The notes beneath the pieces were generated by a model. The model was given only the letters and a program-made list of their open reading frames with translations. It made no database searches and was not told the origin of the DNA. A DNA stretch of 64,000 nt from an uncultured Ignavibacteria bacterium. Its GTDB lineage: Bacteria; Bacteroidota; Ignavibacteria; Ignavibacteriales; Ignavibacteriaceae. Positions 10,260-20,500 of this stretch are shown in pieces. A program made the position numbers and the translations under genes. The stretch covers positions 487,241 to 551,240 of the forward strand of contig CAWBXQ010000009.1 of assembly GCA_963792755.1 (NCBI GenBank), given 5' to 3'. Each line of letters starts with the position of its first letter. The stretch's first letter is position 1.

Positions 10260-10620
10260 ATGTCATCCTTTCAGGATTCTGTTCATTTTCTCTTTCTTTT
10301 TTTATAAAAATAACATCCCTTCGGGATTATGGGCTTATATTCTTAACTATACAATAAAAATAATATCCCTTCAGGATTATGGGCTTATATTCTTAACTAT
10401 ACAATAAAAATAATATCCCTTCGGGATTCCGTTATTCTTTTTATTATTCTTTTTTTGGAGTGCTATTCCGCCGGGATTAAGAAAGAAAGATTTGGCTATG
10501 TAAATACAAGTTGAGAAGTATTAATTTATAGAAACTAAATCCCGAAGGGATGAAATTATTATAACAAATGGGAAAAAAGAAAAGTTGAATCCCGAAGGGA
10601 TGATATAAAAGATTTTAAGA
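10260..10620. repeat. cluster of ATCCCTTCGGGAT-type hairpin repeats, including a 50-bp tandem duplication
   Basis: At least 5 forward and 2 inverted copies of a short GC-rich hairpin (stem ATCCC/GGGAT). Units of 50 bp starting near 10305, 10355 and 10405 are near-identical. Confidence 0.8.
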
Positions 10621-10652
10621 TATGCCTACCTTGACGATATGGTATATTATCT

Positions 10653-11013
10653 TTATGTTTTTAATAGCGTTCCCTGGTGAAAGGTTATTTGCCACTTGCC
10701 GTTTCTGTTTTGCCAGAAAGAAGAACGCAACGAATATGTTTTATTTCCCGAAGCTTCCTTTTCTGCCTGGTATGTAGCAAGTATAATTCCCGGTGAAATT
10801 TCAACAGCATTAAAATTGCTTATAGTGAATTTTATTCTGTTTGTTTTGGTAAATCATTTAAAACATCCTGCTTGTTATATTGCTTACCGGATTCACCAAT
10901 CTCATAAAAATCATCAGCCAGCAGTTCATTCAATCTTTCCTTGGATTTACGAATTTCCGGCTGAAGTAATTCAGTTTCAAGTTTTTTTATTAAATCGAAG
11001 TCATTCATTTTAA
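10653..11013 (-). pseudogene. DUF4440 / SnoaL-like (NTF2 fold) protein, frameshifted near 10850
   Basis: The minus strand reads MNDFDLIKKLETELLQPEIRKSKERLNELLADDFYEIGESGKQYNKQDVLNDLPKQTE, then after a one-base shift ...KFTISNFNAVEISPGIILATYQAEKEASGNKTYSLRSSFWQNRNGKWQITFHQGT. This is my own translation. Neither fragment appears in the ORF track because both are under 60 aa. Confidence 0.5.
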
Positions 11014-11029
11014 TTTAACCTCACCCCGT

Positions 11030-11052
11030 CCCTCTCCTTACTAAGGAGAGGG
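11030..11052 (-). terminator. GC-rich hairpin downstream of the 11076..11822 gene
   Basis: CCCTCTCC...GGAGAGGG stem inside a longer imperfect palindrome (about 11021-11066), followed on the minus strand by an A/T-rich tract. Confidence 0.4.
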
Positions 11053-11075
11053 CGAGGGAGAGGTCAATATAATTT

Positions 11076-11822
11076 TTAACGTCGTTTGCGTACTTTCACT
11101 TTCTCTCTTTTAACAGTTCTGGTTCTTCCGTGCCTTACTACAGTTTTCTTTCTTACAACAAGAGTAGATGAGTGAGGTCTGTAATGTAAACGTGCAACAG
11201 TTCTTACGTGAGTTGTCCTGGTAACTACAAAAGCTTTTCTGTGAGGAAGAACCCGTGCATAATAAATATGTCGGGCAAGCGGGTGAAAAGGATGCCACCA
11301 GTGTGGATAAAATCCAAAATAAAATGCAGAACGATAAGGGTGATAAGCAGGTCCGTACATAAGTCCAATAATTGGCCACGCACTAACATGAACAACAGCC
11401 GGAACTACATAAACATCTTTGCCGTAAACATCTTTATTTCCCTGTATTTGTACATTGTAATCATCTTTGTCTTTTTGAACTTCGATAGTTGCAACATCCT
11501 GGTATTCATCTTTTGACAACGGTGCCTGCAAAATAATAAGGTGAGTATTGTCGGCAGTTTTTTCCACAGCGCGGATATAATCGACATTGCCGTCATTATC
11601 GAGATCGAGATTGTTGATGCCATTGTCGGGATCGTTCAGGTTTTTTTCAAATTCATCAAGGTTTTTAGAATCCTTAAACAAATCCCCGACTGCCTGCAAA
11701 TCTAATCCTGCCACTGTGTCAGAATCATTAGCTGTAACTGTCACATCTTTTTGTGCCAGTATTAATTTACTTCCAAATAAAAAAAGTAAAATGACAGCGC
11801 CTAAGACAAGTTGTCTTTTCAT
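11076..11822 (-). CDS. hypothetical secreted protein with a DxDxDG calcium-binding-like loop and an Arg/His-rich C-terminus
   Basis: Signal peptide (LLFLFGSKLILAQ), DLDNDGNVDY loop, very basic tail. Confidence 0.55.
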   Translation of the reverse strand: MKRQLVLGAVILLFLFGSKLILAQKDVTVTANDSDTVAGLDLQAVGDLFKDSKNLDEFEKNLNDPDNGINNLDLDNDGNVDYIRAVEKTADNTHLIILQAPLSKDEYQDVATIEVQKDKDDYNVQIQGNKDVYGKDVYVVPAVVHVSAWPIIGLMYGPAYHPYRSAFYFGFYPHWWHPFHPLARHIYYARVLPHRKAFVVTRTTHVRTVARLHYRPHSSTLVVRKKTVVRHGRTRTVKREKVKVRKRR

Positions 11823-12041
11823 TTTATTTTCCTCTTATATAAAACTTAATTTTTTTGACGTTATGATTTAACATAAAAAATTATAAACATTTACTCAATT
11901 GTAATTTTTAGAACGGAAAGAATAACTCACTCTAATCTCTCTCTTAAAAAGAGAGAGACTTATTTTAAATTAAAAAACCACTGGCTAAGCCAGTGGTAAT
12001 GGTAAATTGGCTAAGCCGGTAAAAAGTATTAAATTGAAAGT

Positions 12042-12233
12042 ATGGGAAAATACAAGAGGCTAAGCCACTCAGTATATAGTTGTGATTATCATATAGTATT
12101 TGTGCCAAAGTACCGAACCAGAGAGCAAGCACGAAACAGCATTTTTGAGTATATAGAAATATTTTATAATCGTAAAAGATTACATTCATCTATTGGCTAT
12201 TGTTCACCCGTTGAATATGAAATACTAACTTAA
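12042..12233 (+). mobile_element. chimeric IS remnant: IS200/IS605-type TnpA N-terminus fused to an IS3-family transposase C-terminus
   Basis: [21 protein letters not shown] matches the start of Y1 (HUH) transposases. [33 protein letters not shown] matches the conserved C-terminal tail of IS3-family DDE transposases. Only 63 aa in total. GGCTAAGCC palindromes lie at about 11985, 12011 and 12059. Confidence 0.7.
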
Positions 12234-12314
12234 CTAACTTAATATTATGTCTACCTTTTTGGGTAAAGATCATCTTGACAGGGGGATTTATAATTAGTTA
12301 CGATGTTATATAAG

Positions 12315-12337
12315 CCCTTCTCTTTATAAGAGAAGGG
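12315..12337 (-). terminator. hairpin downstream of the ada-like gene
   Basis: CCCTTCTCT / AGAGAAGGG 9-bp stem. A second hairpin, ATGCTGAA...TTCAGCAT, lies at about 12356-12377. Confidence 0.35.
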
Positions 12338-12388
12338 TTGGGGATGAGTTCAAAAGATGCTGAAATAAATTCAGCATGATTACAAAAG

Positions 12389-13446
12389 CTATTTGCCCTT
12401 TTCCAAATTCAGCAAAAATTGTTTGCGCCACATTCCGCCTCCGTATCCGACTAACTGCCCATCTTTTCCAATTACTCTGTGACATGGAAATTATATGCAA
12501 TTCTGTTGTCGCCGTTTGCTTTTGCAACTGCTCTTATTGCTTTTGGATTTCCTAAAGCAATTGCCTGTTCCTGGTAAGATCTTGTTTTGCCATAAGAAAT
12601 TCTTTGCAATTCTTTCCAGACTTTCTGCTGAAATTCAGTTCCATCTAATACTAAAGGCAAATCGAAATCTTTTCTCTTACCGTCGAAATATTCTTTTAAT
12701 TGTTTATCTAATTCGTCAAAGTGTTTATTTTGTCCGGGTACAAATTCGGCATTCAGATATCTTTTTAATCTTTTAATCTGAGTTTCAAGCATTCGTCTGT
12801 CAACAAATTCAAGCAAGCAAATTCCTTCATCAACTGCGCCGGCAAACATTGGTCCGAGCGGAGTTAATATTCTTGTAACAGTAACAATTTTTTTATCTTT
12901 ACTTTGAGAAGGAGAAAATCCCGTCGTCTTTTTGAAAGCTTCAGTGAATCCGCTTAAAGATTCATAACCTGTATCAAATGCTGATTCAAGAATTTTCTCT
13001 CCATATTTAATTTGTCCGAAAGCTTTGTTCACTCTCATTAATCTTAAATAAGATTGAAAAGTCATTCCGTGATGTTTCTTAAACCATCTTCTTATTCTTG
13101 CGGGATCGATATTTCTTTCTCTAAGATCTGCATCTTTAAATTTTGCAATCTTATTTTGTTCGATCTCCTGCATAAGATCTTTCAGCCAATCAGGCATTTC
13201 ACCATTGAATTGCATCGGGTTGCATACTTTGCATGGTCTGTAACCATATTGCAATGCTTCTTTTGCAGTAGAAAAGAAATCGACATTTTCTTCTTTAGGT
13301 TTTCGGGCAGTACAGGTTGGTCTGCAAAAAACTCCCGTTGTTTTAACTCCGACAAAAAATATTCCTTCAAAACTGCTGTCCTTATTCAGCAAGGCATTGT
13401 ACATGGTTTTTCTATCTGGCATAAATAAATTATACATTTCAAACAC
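12389..13446 (-). pseudogene. ada: Ada-like bifunctional regulator / O6-methylguanine-DNA methyltransferase, frameshift near 12488-12500
   Basis: N-terminal Ada Zn domain (CRPTCTARKP...CKVCNP), AraC-type HTH, then a methyltransferase domain. The active-site PCHRVIGKDGQLVGYGGG lies in a different frame, 12389-12487. Confidence 0.8.
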
Positions 13447-13559
13447 CTTAATTTCTTATGATAAACTTATAAATAGGAGAGTTCGGGTTCAACCGGAAAA
13501 TCGACAGGCAATTTCTTACAGAGAGGTTTGGTAAAATAATGTTAATTATAGTTCGATAC

Positions 13560-14288
13560 TCAACTCGCAGGGTTCATTCTATTGAATGCATTTTGCAGAT
13601 CTTCCGGTCCCGCTTTAGCCATTGATTCACTAAATCCCAGAGTAATTTCTGTCTTTCCCATTTTTAATTGCTCAAATGCAGCGTTTATAAAATCGCTGAC
13701 TGGCGGAGCATTATCATGTATTCCTTTTCCTCCGAGATCAGTATTTAGAGCTGGAGGAATTAATTCAATCACTTCAATATTTTTCGGCTTTAATAAATAC
13801 CTTAAAGAAAGAGTGAATGAATGTAAAAAAGCTTTTGAAGCCGAATAAACTGGTGTTTTTGTAAGTGGAACAAAAGACAAACCAGAGGTTACATTAATAA
13901 TTGTGTTCAATGATTTCAGATTGATAAAAAGTGCAGTTAAGTGAACCGGCGCGTCGATATTAATTGTTATTTCTTCTTTTGAGCGCTCATAAAAATTATT
14001 ATCTGAAATTGACATCCATTGCTGAATCCCGGCGTTGTTAATCAATATATTTAAATCATTGTGTTCTTCTGAAATCCACTTATAAAGATTCTCTCTTTCA
14101 TCCGCAGAAGATAAGTCACAAGCTTTTGTTATGATCGAAGGAAATTTCCGAGATATTTCCTTTAAAAGTGATTCGCGTCTTCCGCAAATAATAACAGTAT
14201 TGTTCTCGTTAATAAATCTTTCTGTAAGTCCCAATCCAATTCCTGAAGCTCCACCCGTAATTAAAATTTTATTATTTGAAATTTTCAT
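13560..14288 (-). CDS. short-chain dehydrogenase/reductase (SDR)
   Basis: TGGASGIG cofactor motif, NNAG, and the catalytic YSASKAF (Y-x-x-x-K). Confidence 0.85.
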   Translation of the reverse strand: MKISNNKILITGGASGIGLGLTERFINENNTVIICGRRESLLKEISRKFPSIITKACDLSSADERENLYKWISEEHNDLNILINNAGIQQWMSISDNNFYERSKEEITINIDAPVHLTALFINLKSLNTIINVTSGLSFVPLTKTPVYSASKAFLHSFTLSLRYLLKPKNIEVIELIPPALNTDLGGKGIHDNAPPVSDFINAAFEQLKMGKTEITLGFSESMAKAGPEDLQNAFNRMNPAS

Positions 14289-14578
14289 CTTAAAAGTTTT
14301 TCAGTTTGTTTTTATAAAAAATTCATTGTTCAATAATTAGAAAAAATAGATTAAAATTCTACTCTGATTAATAAATTAATCATATTTTTATTTTAGTTTT
14401 TCTTTTAATTCGCATATTTAACTTTAATGATTCGATACATTTGGTTATTATTATGCCTGATTTAATCTAATAGTGTTTTTAAAGGAAAGATTTATAAAAA
14501 TAAATAAATCGGGATTTCATTTAATAGCATAACAAAGTTAATCGATCATATTTTCTTAATAAACGGATAAAATTAATC

Positions 14579-16363
14579 GTGGCGAAAAAAGCTCATAAAT
14601 TTATTCATGTTCTTATACTTCTTCTTAAAAGGAAGCTGACCGGCGGACAATATATGATATTGTGGAGTTTTATAGTTGGTCTCAGTGCCGGTTTGCTTGC
14701 GGTAATTCTAAAAACTCTTGCTCATTATTTGCAGCACCTATTAACTGAGTCCTATAAATCAAATAATTTTAATTATATAATAATTCTTTTTCCCCTGGCT
14801 GGAATAGTTCTTACAATAACTTATATAAGATTCTTTCTCAAGAATAAATTCGGAAGCGGTTCTGCACATATACTCCGTTCGATAGCCAAAAATTCAAGCT
14901 TTGTTGAAAAAGAAACAATATACTCACACGTAATTTCGAGCGCGTTAACAGTTGGCTTTGGCGGGTCGGTTGGACTGGAGTCTCCGATTGTTGTTGCAGG
15001 TGCCGCTGTCGGTTCAAACTACGGCAGAGTAATGTTAATGAATTATAAAGAGAGAACACTTCTGCTTGCAAGCGGTGCGGCTGCCGGGATTGCTGCTGTT
15101 TTTAACGCACCTATTGCCGGGGTAATGTTTGCACTTGAAGTATTGTTAACAGATATTACTATCTCTGGTTTTATCCCGATTATAATTGCATCGGCTGCAG
15201 GTGCACTATGTTCAAATGTTATTCTGCAGGAAAAGATTCTTCTCTCGTTCAATCTCCGCTCGCCATTTAATTTCGAAAACATTCCTTTATACGTTGGGTT
15301 GGCAATTGTAGCAAGCCTGTTCTCTATATTTTATGCAAGAATCTTTTTGAAGGTTGAAAAATTTTTTAAGAAAGGAAAACGAAGAACATATCCCAAAGCT
15401 ATAATTGGAGGAATTATACTCGGTTTGATAATCCTGGTTTTCCCGCCTCTTTTTGGTGAAGGATATGAGAGCATTAAAATTCTTGCAAGCGGAAGCCCGG
15501 AGAGAATTTTAGATAATACATTCTTTTCTTTTCTAAAAGGGAATAACCTTTTCCTGATTACATTTATAACTGTTATTGCATTGTTAAAAACAATTGCGGC
15601 TTCAATAACGGTTAGCAGCGGTGGAAATGGAGGAAACTTTGCTCCTTCTCTTTTCAGTGGTGCTTTCTTAGGATTTGCCTTTGCAAAAATCCTTGCGTTG
15701 TTGGGAATAACTATACCTGTTTTTAATTTTGTTATTGTTGGAATGGCTGGAGTACTAACGGGAATAATGTATGCCCCGTTGACAGGAATTTTCCTTATAG
15801 CCGAGCTTACCGGAGGATACCAGCTCATTATACCTTTAATGCTTGTTTCCACACTTACTTATGCAATAGTAAAACATTTTGAACCTTATTCTCTTGATAA
15901 AAAAGATCTCGCTGAAGAAGGAAACCTATTAACTTATGACAGGGATAAAAATATTTTAACAATGCTTGAACTGTCTTCAGTAATAGAAAATAATTTTAAT
16001 GTGGTTCCTCACAATGCAAATATTAACCAGCTTGTTGATATTATCTCTCACTCTAAAAGAAATATTTTTCCTGTTGTAGATAGTGACAAAAATCTTCTAG
16101 GGATTATTTCACTCGATGATATTAGGGGATTCCTTTTTGAAATGTCTGTTTATAAAGATGTTTTGGCACTTGAGCTTGTTAGCAAGCCTCCCGCAGTAAT
16201 TGAATTTGATGAGCATATGGATTCCGTGATGGAGAAATTTGATGAAACAGGAGCCTGGAACCTTCCGGTTGTTAAGGAGAAAAAATATATCGGTTTCATT
16301 TCCAAATCCAGTGTATTCTCAAAATACAGGAACAAACTGATTTCTGATTATTCTAATGAATAA
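14579..16363 (+). CDS. ClC-family chloride channel/antiporter with a C-terminal CBS pair
   Basis: GSGAH, GLESP and GxFAPS-type selectivity motifs (GNFAPSLF), plus two CBS-like repeats at the C-terminus. GTG start as given in the ORF track. Confidence 0.85.
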   Translation: MAKKAHKFIHVLILLLKRKLTGGQYMILWSFIVGLSAGLLAVILKTLAHYLQHLLTESYKSNNFNYIIILFPLAGIVLTITYIRFFLKNKFGSGSAHILRSIAKNSSFVEKETIYSHVISSALTVGFGGSVGLESPIVVAGAAVGSNYGRVMLMNYKERTLLLASGAAAGIAAVFNAPIAGVMFALEVLLTDITISGFIPIIIASAAGALCSNVILQEKILLSFNLRSPFNFENIPLYVGLAIVASLFSIFYARIFLKVEKFFKKGKRRTYPKAIIGGIILGLIILVFPPLFGEGYESIKILASGSPERILDNTFFSFLKGNNLFLITFITVIALLKTIAASITVSSGGNGGNFAPSLFSGAFLGFAFAKILALLGITIPVFNFVIVGMAGVLTGIMYAPLTGIFLIAELTGGYQLIIPLMLVSTLTYAIVKHFEPYSLDKKDLAEEGNLLTYDRDKNILTMLELSSVIENNFNVVPHNANINQLVDIISHSKRNIFPVVDSDKNLLGIISLDDIRGFLFEMSVYKDVLALELVSKPPAVIEFDEHMDSVMEKFDETGAWNLPVVKEKKYIGFISKSSVFSKYRNKLISDYSNE

Positions 16364-16512
16364 AAATAAATTCCTAACTCTCAAAACTATTTCTCAGATC
16401 AAATAACAATTGATTTTGGGAGATTACAAATTCTATTTAATGGTTTAATTTCAATCAATTAAAAGCTATTTTAGAGCGGCAGAAAATTTTAAATCAATTC
16501 TCTAATGATCTT

Positions 16513-17875
16513 ATGAATTATAAAAACAACATAACAGAATTAATCGGCAACACTCCTTTAATAAAACTTAACCGGATTAATAAAGGATTAAAACCACAGA
16601 TTTTTGCAAAGCTCGAGTCTCACAATCCCGGGGGCAGTGTAAAAGACAGGATTGGAATTGCAATGCTTGATGCTGCAGAAAAAGATGGGAAAATTTCTCC
16701 CGGCGGAACTATTATAGAAGCAACAAGCGGCAACACTGGAATCGGTTTAGCTCTTGCTTGTGCTGTTAAAGGTTACAAAACTCTTTTTGTTGTTACGGAT
16801 AAAGTAAGTTCTGAAAAAATAAATTATCTTAAAGCTCTCGGCGGGGAAGTGATTGTTGTTTCAAATGCTGTAGAACCAGACAGTCCTGAATATTATGTGA
16901 ATGTTGCAAAGAGAATTTCCAAGGAAACACCCAATTCATTTTTCCCCTACCAGTATTCTAATCCTGCCAATCCTGAAATTCATTACAAAACAACGGGACC
17001 GGAAATCTGGCAAGATACAGATGGAAAGATAACTCACTTTGTTGCAAGTATAGGAACTGGAGGAACGATAAGTGGAGCGGGTAGATTCCTAAAAGAAAAA
17101 AATCCAAATATCCAGGTTATCGGTGCTGATCCACTTGGTTCAATCTTTAAAACCTATAAAGAAACAGGCAAGCTGATTAAAGGAACTCCTTACTTAGTTG
17201 AAGGAATAGGGCAGGATTGTTTACCGCAGAATGTTCATTTTCAGTATATAGATAAAATAATTAATATAAGCGATAAAGATTCATTTCGCGGCTGCAAGAA
17301 GACTTACAAAAGAAGAAGGAATTTTTTGCGGAGGAAGTACCGGAACAATTGTGCACGTTGCACTTGAAATTTCAAAGGAGCTTTCTGAAGATGATGTTGT
17401 TGTCTTTACTGTTTGTGATACAGGTGAAAGATATTTGACTAAAGCTCACAACATTGAATGGCTGAGAAATAACAGGATGCTTGAAACGGAAATAAAAGTT
17501 CTTAGAGATATTTCGGATGCCAAGAAGCTTAAAGGAAATGAAGAAATTGTTTTTGTTCATCCGGATACGCCTGTTAAAGAAATTTTAAAAGTCATACAGG
17601 ACAATGGTTATTCTAATATTCCGGTTTTGCATGACAGGAAACCTGTCGGCTGCATAAGAGAAAACAGGCTTATGGCAAGAGTTCTGAAGAATCCGGAATT
17701 ACTCAATTCAACTGCAGAAAAAGTCTGGGATGAATGTTTCCCGATTCTAGATGCAAAGTCAGACATATCTGAGGTAAGAGAATTTCTTAAAAATAATCCT
17801 GCAATTCTTGTAAGCGATTTTGGACGCATAACAGATATTATAACACGTTACGATCTTTTGGAATATTCGAATTAA
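16513..17875 (+). pseudogene. cystathionine beta-synthase-like enzyme (CysK/CysM-type PLP domain + CBS pair), frameshift near 17287-17295
   Basis: The PLP domain ([19 protein letters not shown]) is in ORF 16513..17367. The expected continuation [30 protein letters not shown] and the CBS pair are in the frame of ORF 17351..17875. Confidence 0.8.
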
Positions 17876-17991
17876 TAGTGTCATACTTGAACGAAGCGCT
17901 TGCATCTTTTGTTGGATTCTACATCCCGATGAATCAGGATTCAGAATGACAGAAAAACTATATTTTCAAATTGAATTTAAGAATTAACATA

Positions 17992-19125
17992 ATGGGCTTT
18001 TCAACAGATGCAATCCACGCGGGACAAAAACCTGATGAAGTTACAGGAGCAGTAATAACTCCGATTTATCAAACATCTACTTATGCACAGATGAACTTGG
18101 CAAACATAAAGGATATGAGTATGGCAGGACTCATAATTTAACGCGTGCTTCACTTGAGAATAATGTTGCAACTCTTGAAAAAGGGAAATATGGAATTGCT
18201 TTTAGTTCGGGTTTGGCTGCTACAAATGCTCTTACTTCTTTGTTAAAAGCCGGTGACCATGTAATTGTAACAAGCAATGTTTATGGTGGTACATACAGGT
18301 TATTCGAACTTATTATGAAAGATTTTGGATTGGAATTTTCCTGGGTCGATACTTCGGATACTTCAAACATCAAAAAAGCAATTAAGAAAAATACTAAAAT
18401 GGTTTTTGTTGAAACTCCGACAAACCCAATGCTTATTCTTACAGATCTTACCGAGGTCGCGAAAGTATCAAAAGAAAATAATCTCATTAGTGTTGTTGAT
18501 AATACATTTGCGAGTCCGTATTTCCAGAACCCACTTACCTTTGGGATTGATATTGTTTTACACAGCCAGACAAAATATATAAACGGTCACAGCGATGTTA
18601 TCGGCGGAATTTTGGTTACAAGTAATGAAAAACTTCATGAAAGATTAAGATATATTCAAAATGCAGCAGGCGCTGTCCCTGCACCTTTTGATTGCTGGTT
18701 AATTCTTCGCTCGACAAAAACACTTGCTGTGAGAATGGAAAGGCACAATAGTAACGCAATCAACAATTGCAGAGCATCTTGAAAAAGCTTCTTATGTTAA
18801 AAAAGTTTTTTATCCCGGATTAAAATCTCATCCGCAACATCAGCTTGCTAAAAAACAGATGAGTGGATTTAGCGGAATGATCGCTGTTGATTTTGGCGAT
18901 ATGGAAGTAGTGAAAAAGTTTTTAAAAAATATTAAAGTTTTTACTCTTGCAGAAAGTCTTGGGGGAGTTGAAAGCCTTGTTAATCATCCGGCGACAATGA
19001 CGCATGCTTCAGTTCCGAAAGAAGAAAGAGAAAAATATGGATTTACAGATACACTCGTTCGTCTCTCTGTTGGGATTGAAGATGTTGAAGATTTGATTGA
19101 AGATATTGAGCAGGCGGTGAAATAG
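17992..19125 (+). pseudogene. cystathionine gamma-lyase / beta-lyase family PLP enzyme, about 3 frameshifts
   Basis: Fragments [15 protein letters not shown]... (from 17992), ORF 18213..18782 (the PLP-lysine motif TKYINGHSD sits here) and ORF 18859..19125 (VRLSVGIED) together rebuild one Cys/Met-metabolism PLP enzyme. Confidence 0.8.
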
Positions 19126-19299
19126 TCATTTGTCATTGGTCAATAGTCAGCGGATATTGATTTTAGATAAAAATTATGGTTTGAAAGAATAGTTACCCCT
19201 TGCACGATATTTTTTCCATTCTTTAATATTTAAAGTGTTATCCTTTATTTAAATTAATTAATAGTAAAAAATTATAAAGATATTCTGAGGTCTATAAAA

Positions 19300-19776
19300 A
19301 TGGAACCAAAAGCAATTCAGGATTATTACCCAGAGGATGTTGCTCACTGTTATGGCTGTGGAAAACTTAATGAACATGGTCATCAGATAAAAACTTTTTG
19401 GGATGGTAATGAAACTATTACCAGGTTTACTCCCAAAGGTTATCACACAGCAATTCCTGGTTATGTTTATGGTGGATTGATTGCATCATTAATTGATTGC
19501 CATGGAACCGGGACTGCTGCATTAGCATCTTACCGTGTAGAAAAAAGAGAACCCGATTCATTGCCGTCATTACGCTTTGTTACTGCTTCGCTGCATGTTG
19601 ATTATCTGAAACCAACTCCACTTGGAGTTGAACTTGAATTGAAGGGAAAGGTTTTAGAACTGAAAGGGAAGAAAGTTATTTCTGAAATTACAGTTTCGGC
19701 AAATGGAGAAATTACAGCACGGGGGAAAGTTGTTGCCGTACAAATGCCAGAGAATATGATTAAAAAAAGTAATTAA
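19300..19776 (+). CDS. PaaI-family hotdog-fold thioesterase
   Basis: 158 aa with a YGGLIASLIDCHG segment and a C-terminal hotdog pattern. Confidence 0.6.
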   Translation: MEPKAIQDYYPEDVAHCYGCGKLNEHGHQIKTFWDGNETITRFTPKGYHTAIPGYVYGGLIASLIDCHGTGTAALASYRVEKREPDSLPSLRFVTASLHVDYLKPTPLGVELELKGKVLELKGKKVISEITVSANGEITARGKVVAVQMPENMIKKSN

Positions 19777-19997
19777 AAAGAGATGTCATCTCTAATATTT
19801 GGTACAACAAGCAAATCAATATAAACACACCCCTTTCTCACACAAAAGAATTTCAATTTTTTTCTTCTAAGATTTGAAAAAAAAATTTATAGTCGGCATC
19901 TCTTTCATTATGAAATTCAATATTTATAAATGGCAGTAAAGTTGATATTTATAAATACTTGAAATTGCTTGTTATTAAGCAAACAAGGGGAGATAAA

Positions 19998-20444
19998 ATG
20001 GAAACAGATGACAGATTTGAAGAACCGGTTTACTCTATAAGTATTGCAGCAAAGTTGCTCAACATTTCGATTCATACTTTAAGAATGTATGAGCGGGAAA
20101 ATTTAATAATTCCTTTCAAGAAAGAATCAAATCACAGGCTTTATTCCCAATCGGATATTGAAAGACTTAGTTGTATTCGTCGTGCAATTAATGAATTGAA
20201 AATTTCTATCGCAGGAATAAAAACAATTTATTCATTAATCCCCTGCTGGAAGGTTGTAAACTGCAGTGAAGAAGACAGGAACAACTGTCAGGCATTTATA
20301 TCACATTCGAATCCCTGCTGGTCTTATGACCACAAAAATAATATTTGTGAAGGTCATGAGTGCAGAGAGTGCACAGTTTACAAAGATTTTACGGATTGTA
20401 AAACCATAAAAGAAAAAATTAAAGTTTTTATTGGAACAACTTAA
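19998..20444 (+). CDS. MerR-family transcriptional regulator with a Cys-rich C-terminal extension
   Basis: MerR HTH (YSISIAAKLLNISIHTLRMYEREN). The C-terminal ~60 aa holds 8 Cys, including two P-C-W motifs. The ATG at 19998 is preferred because it follows AAGGGGAG. Confidence 0.75.
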   Translation: METDDRFEEPVYSISIAAKLLNISIHTLRMYERENLIIPFKKESNHRLYSQSDIERLSCIRRAINELKISIAGIKTIYSLIPCWKVVNCSEEDRNNCQAFISHSNPCWSYDHKNNICEGHECRECTVYKDFTDCKTIKEKIKVFIGTT

Positions 20445-20500
20445 TTGTAATACGGAAGCTGTAAAAAGTTTGACATAACAAAATCTTTAAGAAATTAATT

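Noticed and set aside
10696-11013. Plus-strand 105-aa ORF from the track
   Set aside because: Low-complexity hydrophobic translation with no motif. The minus strand of the same interval encodes a recognisable (frameshifted) DUF4440/SnoaL-like protein.
15331-15852. Long antisense ORFs inside confident genes (also 134..442, 23788..24186, 41861..42331, 11208..11516, 24334..24693, 20594..20950)
   Set aside because: They lie opposite strongly supported coding sequences (ClC, OPT, YeeE, nuoD and others) and have no motifs. They are typical shadow ORFs of AT-rich DNA.
19959-19997. MerR-type operator palindrome and the alternative TTG start of the MerR gene
   Set aside because: Only a weak 6-bp inverted repeat (CTTGTT...AACAAG) and no recognisable -35/-10 pair with a 19-bp spacer. 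The ATG at 19998, which follows a good RBS, is the more credible start.
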